Of a stretch of DNA of 64,000 bases, positions 50,601 to 64,000 are shown one piece after another. Made by a program: the position numbers and the translations under genes. This DNA is from Chara braunii (Eukaryota > Plantae > Charophyceae), in the NCBI GenBank assembly GCA_003427395.1, contig BFEA01000037.1, positions 3,943,196 to 4,007,195 of the forward strand, written 5' to 3'. The notes beneath the pieces are model-generated. The model ran no database searches and was not told the DNA's origin. It saw only the letters and a program-made list of their open reading frames with translations. Numbering within the stretch: the first letter of the stretch is position 1; every line of letters starts with the position of its first letter.

Positions 50601-53408
50601 GCTCAAGGTCATGTCAACCGGTGGGAGGCGCGGGGGAAGAAGGAGAAGGGGGAAAAAAAGGGGAGGAGGGGGTAAAGTAACTGCGAGATTTCCATCATGG
50701 GAAGACAGTCCGTGGATCCAAATAGTTTCTGATGGCCGGAGCTGGCCATTGCGAAGGGACCCCTATCGGTAAATTGGACGGTCGTAGGTCAATTCGCCGT
50801 TCCGCCTCAAGGAACGCTGTCTGATTACCGAAGTTGTCCTAATGAATGAATGGACTGATGATCGGCCTCACGGTGGCAGTAACTCTTTAACAGTCAACTT
50901 CAGTTGATTGGGCAACAACCGCGTTGATCAGCTCGCTGTTCTCCCGAGCGGAACACCTGCGGGCTTCACCTCATATGTGCACACACTTATATTGTCGCAG
51001 CGAACTGACAATGACAAAAAATGTGGGGTTCGTAGGTTGCACCCTACACCTTCATGTACACATGTATCTGTTCTGTCATGTCAGAGACCAATTAGACCTA
51101 ATTATGGACTAAGAATGCATTCGCAAAACGAGTACAGAAAAATAGAAAGTGGCAACTAGGGGAGTAGAAAAGGACGAGACTGGGGGACATCAACATCAGA
51201 AACAGAAGAGCAGCAGAAGGCAAAAGGATACACGACAGCAACAACAATTGAGAGAGAGAAGGGAAAATGGAGCGAAAGCAGAAACAAAAGCAAACGAAGT
51301 CGATGCGACGTCCCCGAACGCGACGTGCCAACGCGCACATATCTGCTAAAAGGCACACTAACCTCCTTTTTTTTGTAGTAAACACCAACACAGAGATCAA
51401 ACAGCACAGAAATATGATAACGACGACGCGGCTGATAACAAGGCATACCATACCATATCACAAAGAATAATGCAGCAGCCAGCAAACCAGCCTGCCCATC
51501 AAACAAAGGGAAAGCAAACAGCATGCCGACAGCAGGCAAGGACGAGAAAGCAAGGCGCATCGCAGATGACCATGCATTCCGACATAGCATTCTTTGCGGC
51601 AAAGTGGATATGCCAGTCGCTGGCGGCACGGGTCCGAAAGGCTGGGAAATATAGGAAACATTCCCTCCCCCGCGGACATTATCCCTGCGGACACCACCTC
51701 ATCTGTCAGGGCTCGAATCCGACAGGTGGCGATATGCGCTCACAACCAAGAGTAGACTATAACTGTACCTCTGTTCTCGCAAGACCCACGTGTACAAAAT
51801 GTCGCCCAAAAGAAGTGTCATCAGGAGAGTTGGCATGTAAAAAAATGTGTCATACAGCCACAGACTTAAGAGCGGAGATGAGGAATGAATAGATAATACT
51901 AGTTCTAGTACCTACGGGAAGGTGGCAGACAGAAAGAGCAGCAAAGGATACCGGAAGACGAGCGTACGAACACAACGAGCACGGAAGATAACAGCTTGAG
52001 GAGCAGAAAGAACAGCGAGGAAGGACACTGGAAGCGGAGCGTAATAGAACAAAAGGAGAGTGGAAGACAACAGAAGGGGAAGAAACACAACACAACAAGG
52101 CTACAAGATCACAGCAGGAACAATCAATCAAAAGAGAAGGCAAAAGAGCAACAAACATGCACGTACATATTGCCGCGAAGGGCCGCCCTGCGGACTGTAG
52201 GCGAAAAGGGGAAGAGGACCAAAAAATGGGCGTTCGTTTTCACAGACTATTTCGTCTGCCAGACTCATCAGGAGGCTGAGCGCTGCTAGAGACCGTTCTG
52301 TGGAGTCCCCTCCGGACACTCCAACGCATAATCTGCCTTGACCCAAAATCAAAGTGGGCTATCACCCACCCGCCTACCCACCCATACAAGGTAGTCACAA
52401 AAAAACGCCCGGCGAACCATCAACTTAGACACGAGAAAAATAAGGATAAAAACAGGAGGGTTCTGACAGACTGCTTCGCCGGACTGATGCCGAACTCATC
52501 GGGAGGCTGAAACTGTCGACAGTCCACGGATCCCCCTACTGATATCTACAGATGCACATTTACCAACTTCAGTTCTCCCAGACCACAGGCAACCCTCCAC
52601 AGACTGTACCTTTACGCCACCCTCGGACGCCGGGAAAGCCCCCAACAACACAAAGATAGGTCAGCCGCAACCGAAAAACACACTCCGGAAATGGAACGGG
52701 CACAGTTGCACGGCGAATCTCGGCTGGTAGAGGCCGTAGATTCCATAATTTTTTGCCTTATTCGCTTCAACATTGCCTCTGTCAGAGCGTACATGGAAGT
52801 GCATACGGCCAGATGCATGGCCTTCACTGGCGTGGCCTAGATGCCACTCCAAATTAGCATTGAAGCGCAACAATGGCAGAGGTAAGCAAACGACCAGCCA
52901 ACCAATCAACCAGTCAACTGATCAACCATTACGACCAGTCCCTGATGGACTGAGGCAATCAATCCCCCGAGTGATCCCTTCAAACAGCGAATGCGAATGG
53001 AAATGATTCAGGCCGATCAAGCACTCTCTAATGAAATCAATCACTTACCGACGCAGCTCGATCAATCAGTCGCTCAACCAGGCAAATCATTGCAGTGAAC
53101 TGATCGCCCAATCAATACAACTCATCACAAATGCACTAGTCCGAAAGGAGCATTGTTGTGCCATACAGGGCGCAGGTCCCATTAAGAGAAGAAAGCGACC
53201 CGCTGCATCCGAGGGAAAAGCAAGAGAAACGGAGAACTGGACAGAGGTAAAGTGAGCGCAGGCAGAGGACCACTCAGCACGTGCCAGTCTTTCCTCTCCC
53301 GTTCCCTGCCGCGAAGAAATGATGCAAGAGTATTACAACACTGTGGCGTCGAGCGCATTACCTCTCCTGCGCGGCAAGCAATCCTGCTAGCCTGTTTCAA
53401 CTATTCCC

Positions 53409-53720
<312 letters not shown>

Positions 53721-54916
53721 TCACACAGACCCTTACTGGCATCGCGGCACCCAATATCCTCTGTGAAAACTGAAGGAAGAAAGTCAACACGTCATGCGAG
53801 GAGAGATCAAAAGGCGACATCACACCAATGTTGCTCCTTTTGACGCCCATAACGGCTGAAAAAATCATCCACACGCTGATTTTTGCTAATCCCGATTTGC
53901 CAGCAGCAGCATAGACGGTCCATTCTCAGGTGAACATGCACTGAGGTGCATCCACCACAAACCCGTGGCGAGAGTTTTTTTTGGTTTCATTCCCACACCT
54001 TTTCACGCATCGAACGAGAATGGAAGCGAGTTTTCTCGTTTCCTCATCTCATTTGCAGTTAATTCTTAGGGAGGCATCCATTTTATTTTATTTTGTTCTG
54101 CTTTTTTTTTTTTTGGTTCTACATTATTTGTTTTCGGACAACTGATTTTCGCACAGAACACCAAGCGGGTCGATCCTCGCAAGCCATAGCAGCGGATTTT
54201 CGATTCCACCGCACTTGCACGCTCTCTCCGCCCACAAGCACAACAAACCCTTCATCCATTATCCCTCGCAGGTGCCTTTCATAGATAACCGACTCCGAGG
54301 TTAACCGGAGTCTGGCAATCAACCTGTTGCAGAGACTTCCGTTAGCGATTATCACAGCAATTAAATTCGCTCATTTTATAATATTTTTCATTTCGCTACA
54401 TCGCGTTTCAAGAGCTAACTGGGCAGACAGCGTTGATCAGTGAGTGGACAATCCATTAGCCTTCGCCGGCGCTCACTTCCAAAAGAACGCTCTAAGATTT
54501 GATTCCGTACTGGATCGATCATCACTCCAAAAATGCTTTGCCGATTCACCAAGTCCTGTCCAACTGCATTCTCCCACGACTGGGACACTCGCGGTCATTA
54601 TGCGGCTTTTATTTGTACCTGAAAATTCAGGATCGAGTTGTCGGATGTAGACACGACAACGAGCAAGCGTTCAATTCCGGGAAGACAGTTAACACCTGCC
54701 AAGTGCTCGGGTGCTGTATCCGCGGAGTGACTGGACTGGATCACAAAAGAAAAAAGGGTGATGACTTGACAAGACTGCTGAGCTGATTGCCCTCGCGGTT
54801 CGTTTTGGTTTATTGCCCACGATTCGTGCGTGGACCAGTCGATAGGTCGTTGATGGTTCCTTGACTCGATGGGTGGCCAATTATTGATCGACTCGCCGGC
54901 GAATAGATAGATAGAC

Positions 54917-54958
<42 letters not shown>

Positions 54959-56090
54959 GATTTTTAGAGAAAAATCAATTTCATAAATTATTTATATTTT
55001 TTTTTCATTGACTCTATTAGATAGATAGATGGGATATACTCGTTCACAGACTATGCTCACACTTTTGTCTGGTCAGAAACGAGAACATGAACGGTCGACG
55101 ATAAAGAGCACCATCTCTCTGCAGGTGGTTGCATCTCGCACTTTTTTTCGGCGGGGCAGCGTTCTAGGCTGCAGAACGCTAAAGAAACGTTTTGTTCGTG
55201 CGCCGTCAGACACACCTCCCATGGTGTATGTACTCCCAAAGCCGCGCCCGTCGGGAAAAGGCGACATGGCTGACAACGGTAGGCATCCTTGTGATAAATA
55301 CGCTGCAATGCACTGCTAAACCGCAACACAAGCGCACAATTTAACTACGGTACGTACCACGAAAGAGAGTGCAAGGTGGTACCGGTGTAACCTAAAGTAT
55401 GCTTTGCTGTCGCGGGCATCACGTGCGAAATGTTTAGCCGTCCGGACCCGATGCAAGATTAAATGAGAGAAAACAGTGCAAGTACAACATTCCTTTCCAT
55501 AACCAAAGAGCAATCCGCCACGCAACAAATGCTCTCTGCCAAAAACGAGTTCCTCTCAAATCCTTTCCCGCCCTCTTCTTGAACTTCTAAACTTCTGATT
55601 CACTCTTCGCTGGAGTTGAAAGCAAGTCTGTAAACACCCGCCCACCTCCCGTGTGCTAATCTTCACATACCTGCTATCCGCTCTTTTTCTAGGCCATTCA
55701 GTTCCCAACCTCCTGCCCTCCCCAGTGAACACGCGTCCCATATAGCTGCGAGGGGCCACACGTCACATACCGCCTTGTACGTTTGTGTATGCACGTGTGC
55801 ACGAGTGGGCATCACCGTGGCAATGTATGATGTGCAGGTGCGCATTTCGGGAGTGTGCAAGTATGCTACCTTGGGCGAGCAGGGAGCGGAGGGTACGGAA
55901 AGAGAGAGAGAATAGGCCAGCTGATAAGGAAAAGGCTTACCCCATTGCAACTCTCTTACACCGCACACATGCACGTTGACGAATGATTTGGGAATGTGTG
56001 GTTGGATGCAATACAGTAATATCATGGGACGGCTCCTTCAATTTCTATAAGAGATTGTTTTCTTTAAAAACGTCAAAAGAATAACGCTTA

Positions 56091-56652
56091 CGCACATAGA
56101 CTTGAGCGGATCTTCGGCTGCATCAGCTGCCCTCGCTTTAGATAATTTGATGACCCGACCCCGACTGCCACCAGTGTCGGTCCCGTTTGAAGTGGCCCGC
56201 ACACCCTCTTCATCACCATGGCGACCTCCATCGCCGCCGCCCCCGCCACCCACTTCTCTTCCTCCCTGTTTCCCTCGTGCCTTCCGGCCGCCCTCTTCTC
56301 CGTGCCCCTCCCCTCCTCCTCGTCCTCCATCCTTTCCTCTGATACTTGCTTTCGTTTCACTAACTGCCTCGGCTTTAACTTCATCCCCGACACCACCTTT
56401 CTCATCAGTAATCCTACCCTCCCTTACTTTGCCGTCTGCCTTCGCGTCGCCGTTCTTTACGTCGTGGGCGCCGGCCGAGTCATCACTCTCTTTCTTGGCC
56501 GCTGGCACCGCATCCTCTCCCGCTGCCGTCGATGCTGCTGCAATTAAATCCTTCCTCTCCTGCCTAAACCTCATAGCCCACGTGGACCGATCGCTGAGAT
56601 TCACGATCATCCCAGCACACGTCGTTCCTGAACCCGCCACCATCTTTACCCC
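56091..56652 (-). CDS. Probable 5' coding exon (charged, Gly-rich), same gene or a neighbouring one
   Basis: 201-aa ORF with ATG at 56643, ttctcagcag| acceptor just upstream and |gtaagc donor at 56090. Confidence 0.55.
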
Positions 56653-56870
56653 TGCTGAGAACCGAAAGCCGGGAACAAAAAAAAACTTCGACTTCGGTAT
56701 CCGACGAGACAGCCAGTTTTCGTTCCCCTACCGGTCTCCCTTCCCTCTCTCAAGGAGACCATCTGCAGCACATGCCTCCGTCGCTTCGCTCCACCGCCTC
56801 AAGAATCGCCAGTGCCTCATGCCCTTGCTTCCCCCTCTCCGACCGGTCGCCCTCACCTCTGTCTCATTCT

Positions 56871-56879
56871 AAACCCTAA
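56871..56879 (+). promoter_or_regulatory. Telo-box (AAACCCTAA) near the 5' end of the minus-strand gene
   Basis: ctAAACCCTAAa in a pyrimidine/purine-skewed 5'-UTR-like region. Confidence 0.4.
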
Positions 56880-57049
56880 ACCTCTCAACCTACCTCTCCC
56901 CACTTTTCCCTCACCCGCCCTCCCTACCTCCCTCTCTCCCTCCCCGCTCCCCCTCTCTCTTACCCCTGCTTCTTCCCTCTTTGACGAGGTCACACCATGG
57001 AATACCCGCCTCGAGTCTTGGACACGTTTTCGATGACCTGCACAGTGCA

Positions 57050-57129
<80 letters not shown>

Positions 57130-58329
57130 GTTTGTATGAGCGAATGTCTATCTGCGGTATGGCCTCTTCCACGGCGATGCGTGCGGTTAGGTTATCCCAC
57201 ACACACCGTCTCCCAGAACTGTGCCATGCAAGGGGTTACACGTGCTCGCAAGGGAAACCAGTGTCTTTCCGCAACGGCATTTCCGTTGGCAACATCAGAT
57301 TTCCATCCCTACGTAACAGCTCGATGCTCAGCAGCCCACTTCCCATGCCAGCCGTTGCATACCACCTCCTTAGTAACAAGCATCCTCTGACAAGCAACAG
57401 TCTCCAAATGCGTTACATCATCAAAATTAACCAAGCGGTAACTACTAGGCATAATCCCGCATCAGGAGGTAGATCGATTCCTCTCCATCCCGTTCAACGT
57501 CCGTCTCTGCTCTCCGCTTTCTCCTCCGCCTCCACCATGCTTGCTTCAACCACTCCTCGGTCCTCAAAAACGCATTCTACACATTATATGTTCCTACAAT
57601 GCAATTGCACTATTCTTTTCTGCCTTATCCAACGCGCGCCCCCTCCACGGATCCTCGGCGATTTTGCCAGGGCCCTGAGCAGACACCAGCATCACCTCAG
57701 CCCCGCAGCTTAGCGCAAAGTGCGGTCGTCCTCCGAGCTGGCGCAGCCGGCCTGCGCCGCGCTCCCCCAAGCGCACCAATACACACAGATACGTCTGTCA
57801 CCATCCCCCCGGACAGTTTCGACTTGAATATGCCCGAGCTGCTTGCGCAGATTTCGCCTCCTCTCTACACCGCCTCCTCCTTATCCTCCCTACGTCGGCT
57901 ACATTCCACCGCAGTCTATCCCTCCCGCTGCCCCGATAAGCCATCGCACTGAAAAGGATCTCCTTCCTCGAAGGGTCTAGCTCCGAAGATTGTCCGTGCC
58001 AAAGTTGGTGACACGACTGAGCTGCCGACAATGACGAAGTCGATACACAAGTAATAACGGCCACTCTGTCTCCTATCCTATGATCTCCAGGCACGGCAAG
58101 GGACCCTCTTCGTAATCACACCACGGTCATCTTCACAAATTCGTAGATGCATGAGCAGTCGAGAAGCAAAAACGGACGTACTGACGGCGATTGTCCACAG
58201 CCTATTCTTCTCTGCCATCTAATCTTGCGTGTCCAATCTCTCTTCACCCTCACCGTCTCCACCCCAGTTTCCCCGAATGCATCAATCACCACACCGTTGC
58301 CCCTCCGCCTCGCCCTCTGGCCGCCCAGG

Positions 58330-58720
58330 TCGTAGCAGTGCGAATTCCAGCGTCTCATTTCGAGGTTGCGGTATAGTAGGCTCCGGTGTCCGTGTCAGGG
58401 TGACTCATTTTCAGCTGCGGGGGGCCGGCGCACAGGTGGGTTCTAAGGGGGTGCAAGTTGTTGGGGGACCGGTCCACCGCGTTCCTACGGACTACCTTAT
58501 TGGAGGACCGTTCCTCCCTGGCATGTGAACTGCAGAAGGGGCAAAAGAAAAAACCCGTTTGCCAATGCCCTCAGGCCCAGGCGTTGTTGCAGAGGTGTGT
58601 ACGCGCACGTGAACGTTGCTTTCCACTAGGACCCTACACAATTGTCTACCGTGTGGGCACGGGGAACGCAACCCTAAGGTAGCCAAAGCGATGAGACTAA
58701 GAGCGCGCAGAAGAGAGAGA

Positions 58721-58805
<85 letters not shown>

Positions 58806-60053
58806 TTTATTTATTGTTAAGAGTGTGAGAGAGAAACAGAGAGTGAGAGAGAGAAAGAAAGAGAGAGAGAGAGAGGGAGGGGGGAGGGCTACCAGACAGA
58901 GAGAGAAAAAAAGAGAGAGAGAGAGGGTTCAACTGCAAAACAGATCACGGTTGCAATTTGACGATGATCTATTTCGCGGTTAAAATAATTTTTTTAATTT
59001 ATTTAATATTTTCCTATAAAGATTGCAACAACATCTACAAGCACTCCAATTTTCAGATTTTTTCACCCATTCTTCTGAACGCGAAAAATCACTGAAGTTG
59101 GAGCACGTTTTTCGTTGGTCATAAAAATGTGTCAAATTTGTGTGGCGATTATTTCGCGGTCTTACCATGCAGCCAAATTTTTATGCCGAATTGGCGTGGT
59201 GATTATTTTTCGGCCATAATGAATTTTTGGATTTTTTTTTTCATTTTTTTTTGGAAAGGTCACGACCTACTCTATGGATTCTCAAATTTTTATATTTTTT
59301 TGCGAATTCCTCCGAGAACAAAAAAATTGTCAAAGTTGCCTATTGCAAATTGTGGGACTGCCCTCGCCTGTACCCCCGCCTCGGACAACCTGCACGTGCG
59401 ACTCTATACAACACGTCCCTTTCTCACTTATTTTTGGGGTCCGACGACCAGTCCTTCCTTTTTTCAAAAATCTCGGTTCTACTAGAGCTAGTTGTAGGTA
59501 ATCCGCAATTTCGCTGAGGACTGGTCCCCCAATTGTTTTTGCCCCTAAAAACCCACTTTGCGTCCTAGTCGCCCGCCGCCGAAAATGCGACACCTTGACA
59601 CAGACGCGGAAGCCCACTATACCGCGCAGCCTTAGGGCTGCGAATAGGGGCACCGGCGGGTTCAGTCCCACAATTCACAAGATACCAATTTGACGATTTT
59701 TGTGCTCAAAAGCATTTGTGAAAAAATCGGAAAATTTGAAAAATTGTAGATGAGGTCATTGATATTTCCAGGGAAAATATCGAAAAAGTTAAAAACAGTA
59801 ACGATAATTTGGTGCATTTTCATTTTTTGCCACTCAACCATATGTGGGCCCTACGTTAAAAATACTCCAACTTCAATGATGTTTCAAGCTCAAAATAATG
59901 TGTGAAAAAAATCTGAAAATTTGAGTCCTTGCAGATTTTATTCTAATATTTTGATTAAAAATATTAAATATATTTTTTTAAATCATTTTAACTTCGAAAT
60001 ACATAGCGGCGGCAATTTTTTCTTTTTTTTATTTTTGCCATTCAACCTTTTAT

Positions 60054-60139
<86 letters not shown>

Positions 60140-61976
60140 TATTTTTATTTTAATTCCCCAAACATATTATATATTTATGATCAAAGGATAAAGTCGAAGT
60201 CCTCACAGTATATCAGGAAATGGAACGGTTGCGAGCAGTACCTAGTTTCACTTACGAGGAAAACAATACCCTAGAGGGGACCAACCCACTTTGATATAAC
60301 AATCACCAACGGTGGTTCCCAGGTCCGGCAAGCCAAACCCGGGGTCAGTGTAGTTGAACATAAGTTTCAGTGAGTGAGAATGTCACTCCTTCTAAACCTC
60401 ACACACCCTCATTTTGCGACCCTAATACCACAAAGAAAAAACGAGCGTCCACTCTCTCTCTCTATATATATACAGGGTAACCCTAACCCGAACGCCCGAA
60501 CATATGGGACCCCTTGGGGATGCGCTTGGTCGTTCGGGCCGAACGCGGACCCAAAAAACAACAACAACAACAACAACAAAAGTTACCAAAAAATTAAAAA
60601 AAAAAAATGTTATGGAAAAAAATAAATTAAATAAGATTTGCCTGAGCATTACATCCGAATTCCTTACCAAATTGGAAATAAAAATAAAATATAGAAAAAA
60701 AAATACTAATAATAAAAATAAATAAAAATAAAAAGAGAATTATATTTATTGGGTGCGCGAGCATGTTTTCGACACCGCCATTTTTGGCATTTTTTCATTT
60801 TTTTTTGGCATATCTAAATGCCCTGAAAATTTACAGATGTGTACTTCACATAATACAAAACCCACTATAAAAGTTTCAAAAAATAATAAAATTGTTTAGA
60901 CCTCGAACTAAAGTGAAAACAAAAAATAAAAAGTGAAAAAATACGTGGGCGAGCACGTTTTGACACCGCCATCTTTGGCCATTTTTAATTCTTATTTGGC
61001 TTAGCCAAATGACTTGAAACTTTACATGCATGTACCTCACGTCATAGAGAACTCACAAAAAAAAATTCAGAAAAAAATAGTTATTTTTAGGCCCTGAAAT
61101 AAGTTTTGGCGGGGGCCAGACGCCGTCAGGTTCGGACCCCGTGTGGGACCTCGAACGCCCGTACGTACGGAGGTCTGCCCGGGGACCTCCGTACGTACGG
61201 GTTGGTGACCCCGTTCCCCACGTTCACACGGTAGGCGATGGGGGTAATGGTCGCCCACAGGGCTATTCAAAAGAGTTCACAACTCTAAGGTTGCGGTATA
61301 GTAAGTTTCTGCATCAGTATTAAGGGGGCACGAGAAACCGATACATAAATAGGTTTTAACGAGTGAAAGTTATCGGGGGATCAGTCCACCTACGGACTAC
61401 CTACAAACATTAGAATCGGCGGTAGCGAAATTGAAGGACCGATCAAAAGGGCCCTCGGGCCTAACCATTGAGACCCTTCTTCTCAAAACAGAGACATTAT
61501 TGCTGGGAGGATGTAGGAAGGCGAAACGAAACAAGCGTCTGATGCAATAAACAACTTCAACGTTTTTTTGTGCTCAGAGGAACTCATAAAAAAATATAAA
61601 ACTTCGAAAAATTCATAGATCAGATCGTGGTCTTTCCCCAAAAAAATACAAAATTAAAAAAAAAATACGAAGACCACAAACTAATTTTTGCGTCGATTCA
61701 ACACATTTTTTATTTTTGCCATTCAGCTATATGTGGGTCAATGGAAAAAGTACTCCAACTTAAATGATTTGTCACGCTCAGAAGAATTTGTGAAAAAATA
61801 TAAAAATTTGAGTGCTTATAAATTTTGTTATGATAGTTCAAATAAAAATATTAAATAAATCAAACAAAATTATTTCATCAACAAAATAGATCGCGACCGC
61901 AATTCGACCCATATTCTATTTTTATCATTCAACCTCTCTCTCTCTCTGGTAATCCGCCCCCCCCTCCATCTCTCTC

Positions 61977-62049
<73 letters not shown>

Positions 62050-62819
62050 CACTTTGCCCAGTTGCTTTTGCTACCTTAGGGTTGCGTTCCCCGTGCCCAT
62101 GAGGTAGACAATAAAAAAAATTGCATCATTAAGGTTAAGGTATAGTGGGCTCTAATGTATATCTAAAGGTGTCACATTTTCGGCAGCGGGCGAACACGAC
62201 ACAAGTTGGTTCTTAGAAAGCAAACGTTTGTGTGGGACCAGTCTTTGGCAATATTACAGATGACCTACAACTAACTATTATAGAACCAGCCGTTTTTAAA
62301 AAAAGAAGAACCGGTCGTGAGGTGCAAATGGATTCAAAAAATTAAGAAGGGGAGGCGTTGTTGAGAGTCTCACGCGCAGACTGTCAAAGGCGGAAGGTAC
62401 CGGCAGATCCAATTGCACAATTCGCAAGACGCAATTTTTATGACTTTTTGTGCTCGGAGAAACTAGCAGAAAATTTAAAGATTTGATATTTAATAGATTA
62501 GATTGTTTTATTTTCATGAAAAATATTAAATAAATAAATAAATCATTCAGAACGAGAAATAATCGCCTCGCGAGCTCAACACATTTTTTACTTTTGCCAC
62601 TCGGTAATGTGTGGGTCAACGAAAAAAACACTCAAATTTCAGTGATTTCTTGCGCTCATAAGAATTTGTGAAAAAAATATGAAAATTAGATTACTCAAAG
62701 ACTTTATTATAATATTTCCATAAAAAATATATATAAAAAAAAAAAAAAAGAATTATTAAATAGATCGCGGCCGCAATTGAACGCATATTCAATTTTGCCA
62801 CTCAGTCTCTCTCTCTCTG

Positions 62820-62855
<36 letters not shown>

Positions 62856-63620
62856 TTTGTCTCTCTCTCTCTCTCTCTCTCTCTTTTTATTCTTATTTTT
62901 ATAGCCCTCCGCCCCTTCCCTCTCTCGCGCGCGCACGCCGCTTACTTCCATTGCTTTGGTTGCCTTAGGGTTGCGTTCCCCTCGTCCATGCGGTAGTCAC
63001 TACAAAGAAGATCATCATGGTCCCTACCCAATAGTGACAAGCAAGAATTAAAAATAAAGAATTCGCTTTCCGTAGGAGATCGTTTTATTCACAGCGCTAA
63101 AGGCGGCAGTTCATAGCCCTAAGGTGGCAACGTGCAGCCCTAAGGCTAGATTTTAGTGGGCTTCATAATCTGTGTCAAGGTGTTGCCGATAGGTTTTTAA
63201 GGACCAAACGTTTGCAGTCCTAAGGCTTAGTGGGCTTCAGCATCGCAGTTTCAGCATCGGGCGACCAGTATGCAAGTGGGTTCTTATGGGGCAAAAGTTT
63301 TTGGGGGCCCGTTTTGCCAATATTGTGGACGATTTACATTTAGCTCTCGTTAAATCGAGACTTTTGGAAAAGGAACGACTGGTCCTCAGGTGGAAGTGAA
63401 CCCCAAAAAGAATAAAAAAGGGGATACATTATTGTGATTTTCATGCGCAAGTTGTCCAAGGTGGGGGGTACCAGTGAGTCCAATCCCGCAATTTTCAAAT
63501 GGTAACTTTGACTAATTTTTGTGCTCAGAGCAATTGATAGAAAAATGTAAAAATTTGATAATCCACATCTTAGGCTGTTCTTTTCCGAATAAAAAAATCA
63601 AAAAAATTCAAGAAATTATT
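58330..63620. mobile_element. Cluster of non-autonomous foldback/long-TIR elements (several partial copies)
   Basis: Terminal motif CTACC..GGGCACGGGGAACGCAACCCTAAGG at 58646, inverted at ~62073-62107 and ~62963-62996. Arm module with (GA)n at 58920-59300, inverted at 59690-60135, 61560-62045, 62430-62885. Core module recurs at 59430-59640, 62130-62330, 63150-63500. Confidence 0.75.
60473..61213. mobile_element. MITE-like insert with imperfect TIRs and internal ~180-bp duplication
   Basis: CAGGGTAACCCTAACCCGAACG vs inverted CGGGGTCACCAACCCGTACG; gcgagca.gtttt.gacaccgccat.tttggc occurs twice. No TSD seen. Confidence 0.5.
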
Positions 63621-63679
63621 AAACCACTAGTACCTCCAAGCCTGAATTCCACAGCACTCCGAGTTTTATTAAGCCTGAG

Positions 63680-63990
63680 TGTAGCGGACCCACCAGGTGT
63701 GGTGCTCCGCTAGTGACAGAAATGGAGATGGAGGAAGAAGGGGGGAGCAAGATGGCACAACGCAACTCCCCACGCAAGACTCCAACGCACGTACTGCAAA
63801 ATGTACAAGTAAGGAATGAGCCTGAAAACAGACAATGGCTGGGGTATACCTCAGCGGACTGACGGGACTGGACTGGACTGGCTGGTACCGACAGAGGTAC
63901 CGGCCTGGACTGGCCTACCCCGAATATAACACAGGCCTGTGAGAACAGGCCAAGGGGCTGGTCTCACAGGCCAACCCGAGGTCCGCTACA
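63680..63990. mobile_element. 311-bp LTR-like or MITE element with perfect 11-bp inverted termini
   Basis: TGTAGCGGACC...GGTCCGCTACA. No TSD (ctgag/cgatc), so it may be one LTR of an element continuing beyond the window. Confidence 0.6.
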
Positions 63991-64000
63991 CGATCCTCGG

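Overview
Repeat-rich eukaryotic (plant-lineage) genomic DNA. The transposon types, plant-type tRNA-Asp primer sites and microsatellite style suggest a charophyte alga such as Chara, but that is inference only. The left 34 kb is a nested transposon stack. (i) A non-autonomous LTR element ('A', minus strand) has a giant ~6.4-kb LTR, a PPT, a tRNA-Asp PBS and no recognisable gag/pol. (ii) A second giant LTR ('B', ~5.5 kb, plus strand, tRNA-Asp PBS) is inserted head-to-head into A's 5' LTR. (iii) A ~9.1-kb decayed Helitron (RepHel) sits in B's leader. (iv) A 5'-truncated chromoviral Ty3/gypsy pol is followed by its probable LTR. The right 30 kb holds exons of a large low-complexity host gene on the minus strand, an RTE-like LINE remnant, several minisatellites and a cluster of foldback/MITE elements. 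Main discovery: the two giant LTR families, otherwise not alignable by eye, share a ~450-520-nt segment at the U5/PBS end. It shows compensatory base-pair changes in several helices and a second tRNA-Asp-complementary box upstream of the PBS, making it a candidate large structured cis-RNA of giant tRNA-Asp-primed retroelements. LTR B also carries a captured LSU rRNA fragment and a small ORF with a codon-conserved antisense homologue. All alignments and folds were done by eye, and reference tRNA/rRNA sequences are recalled from memory.
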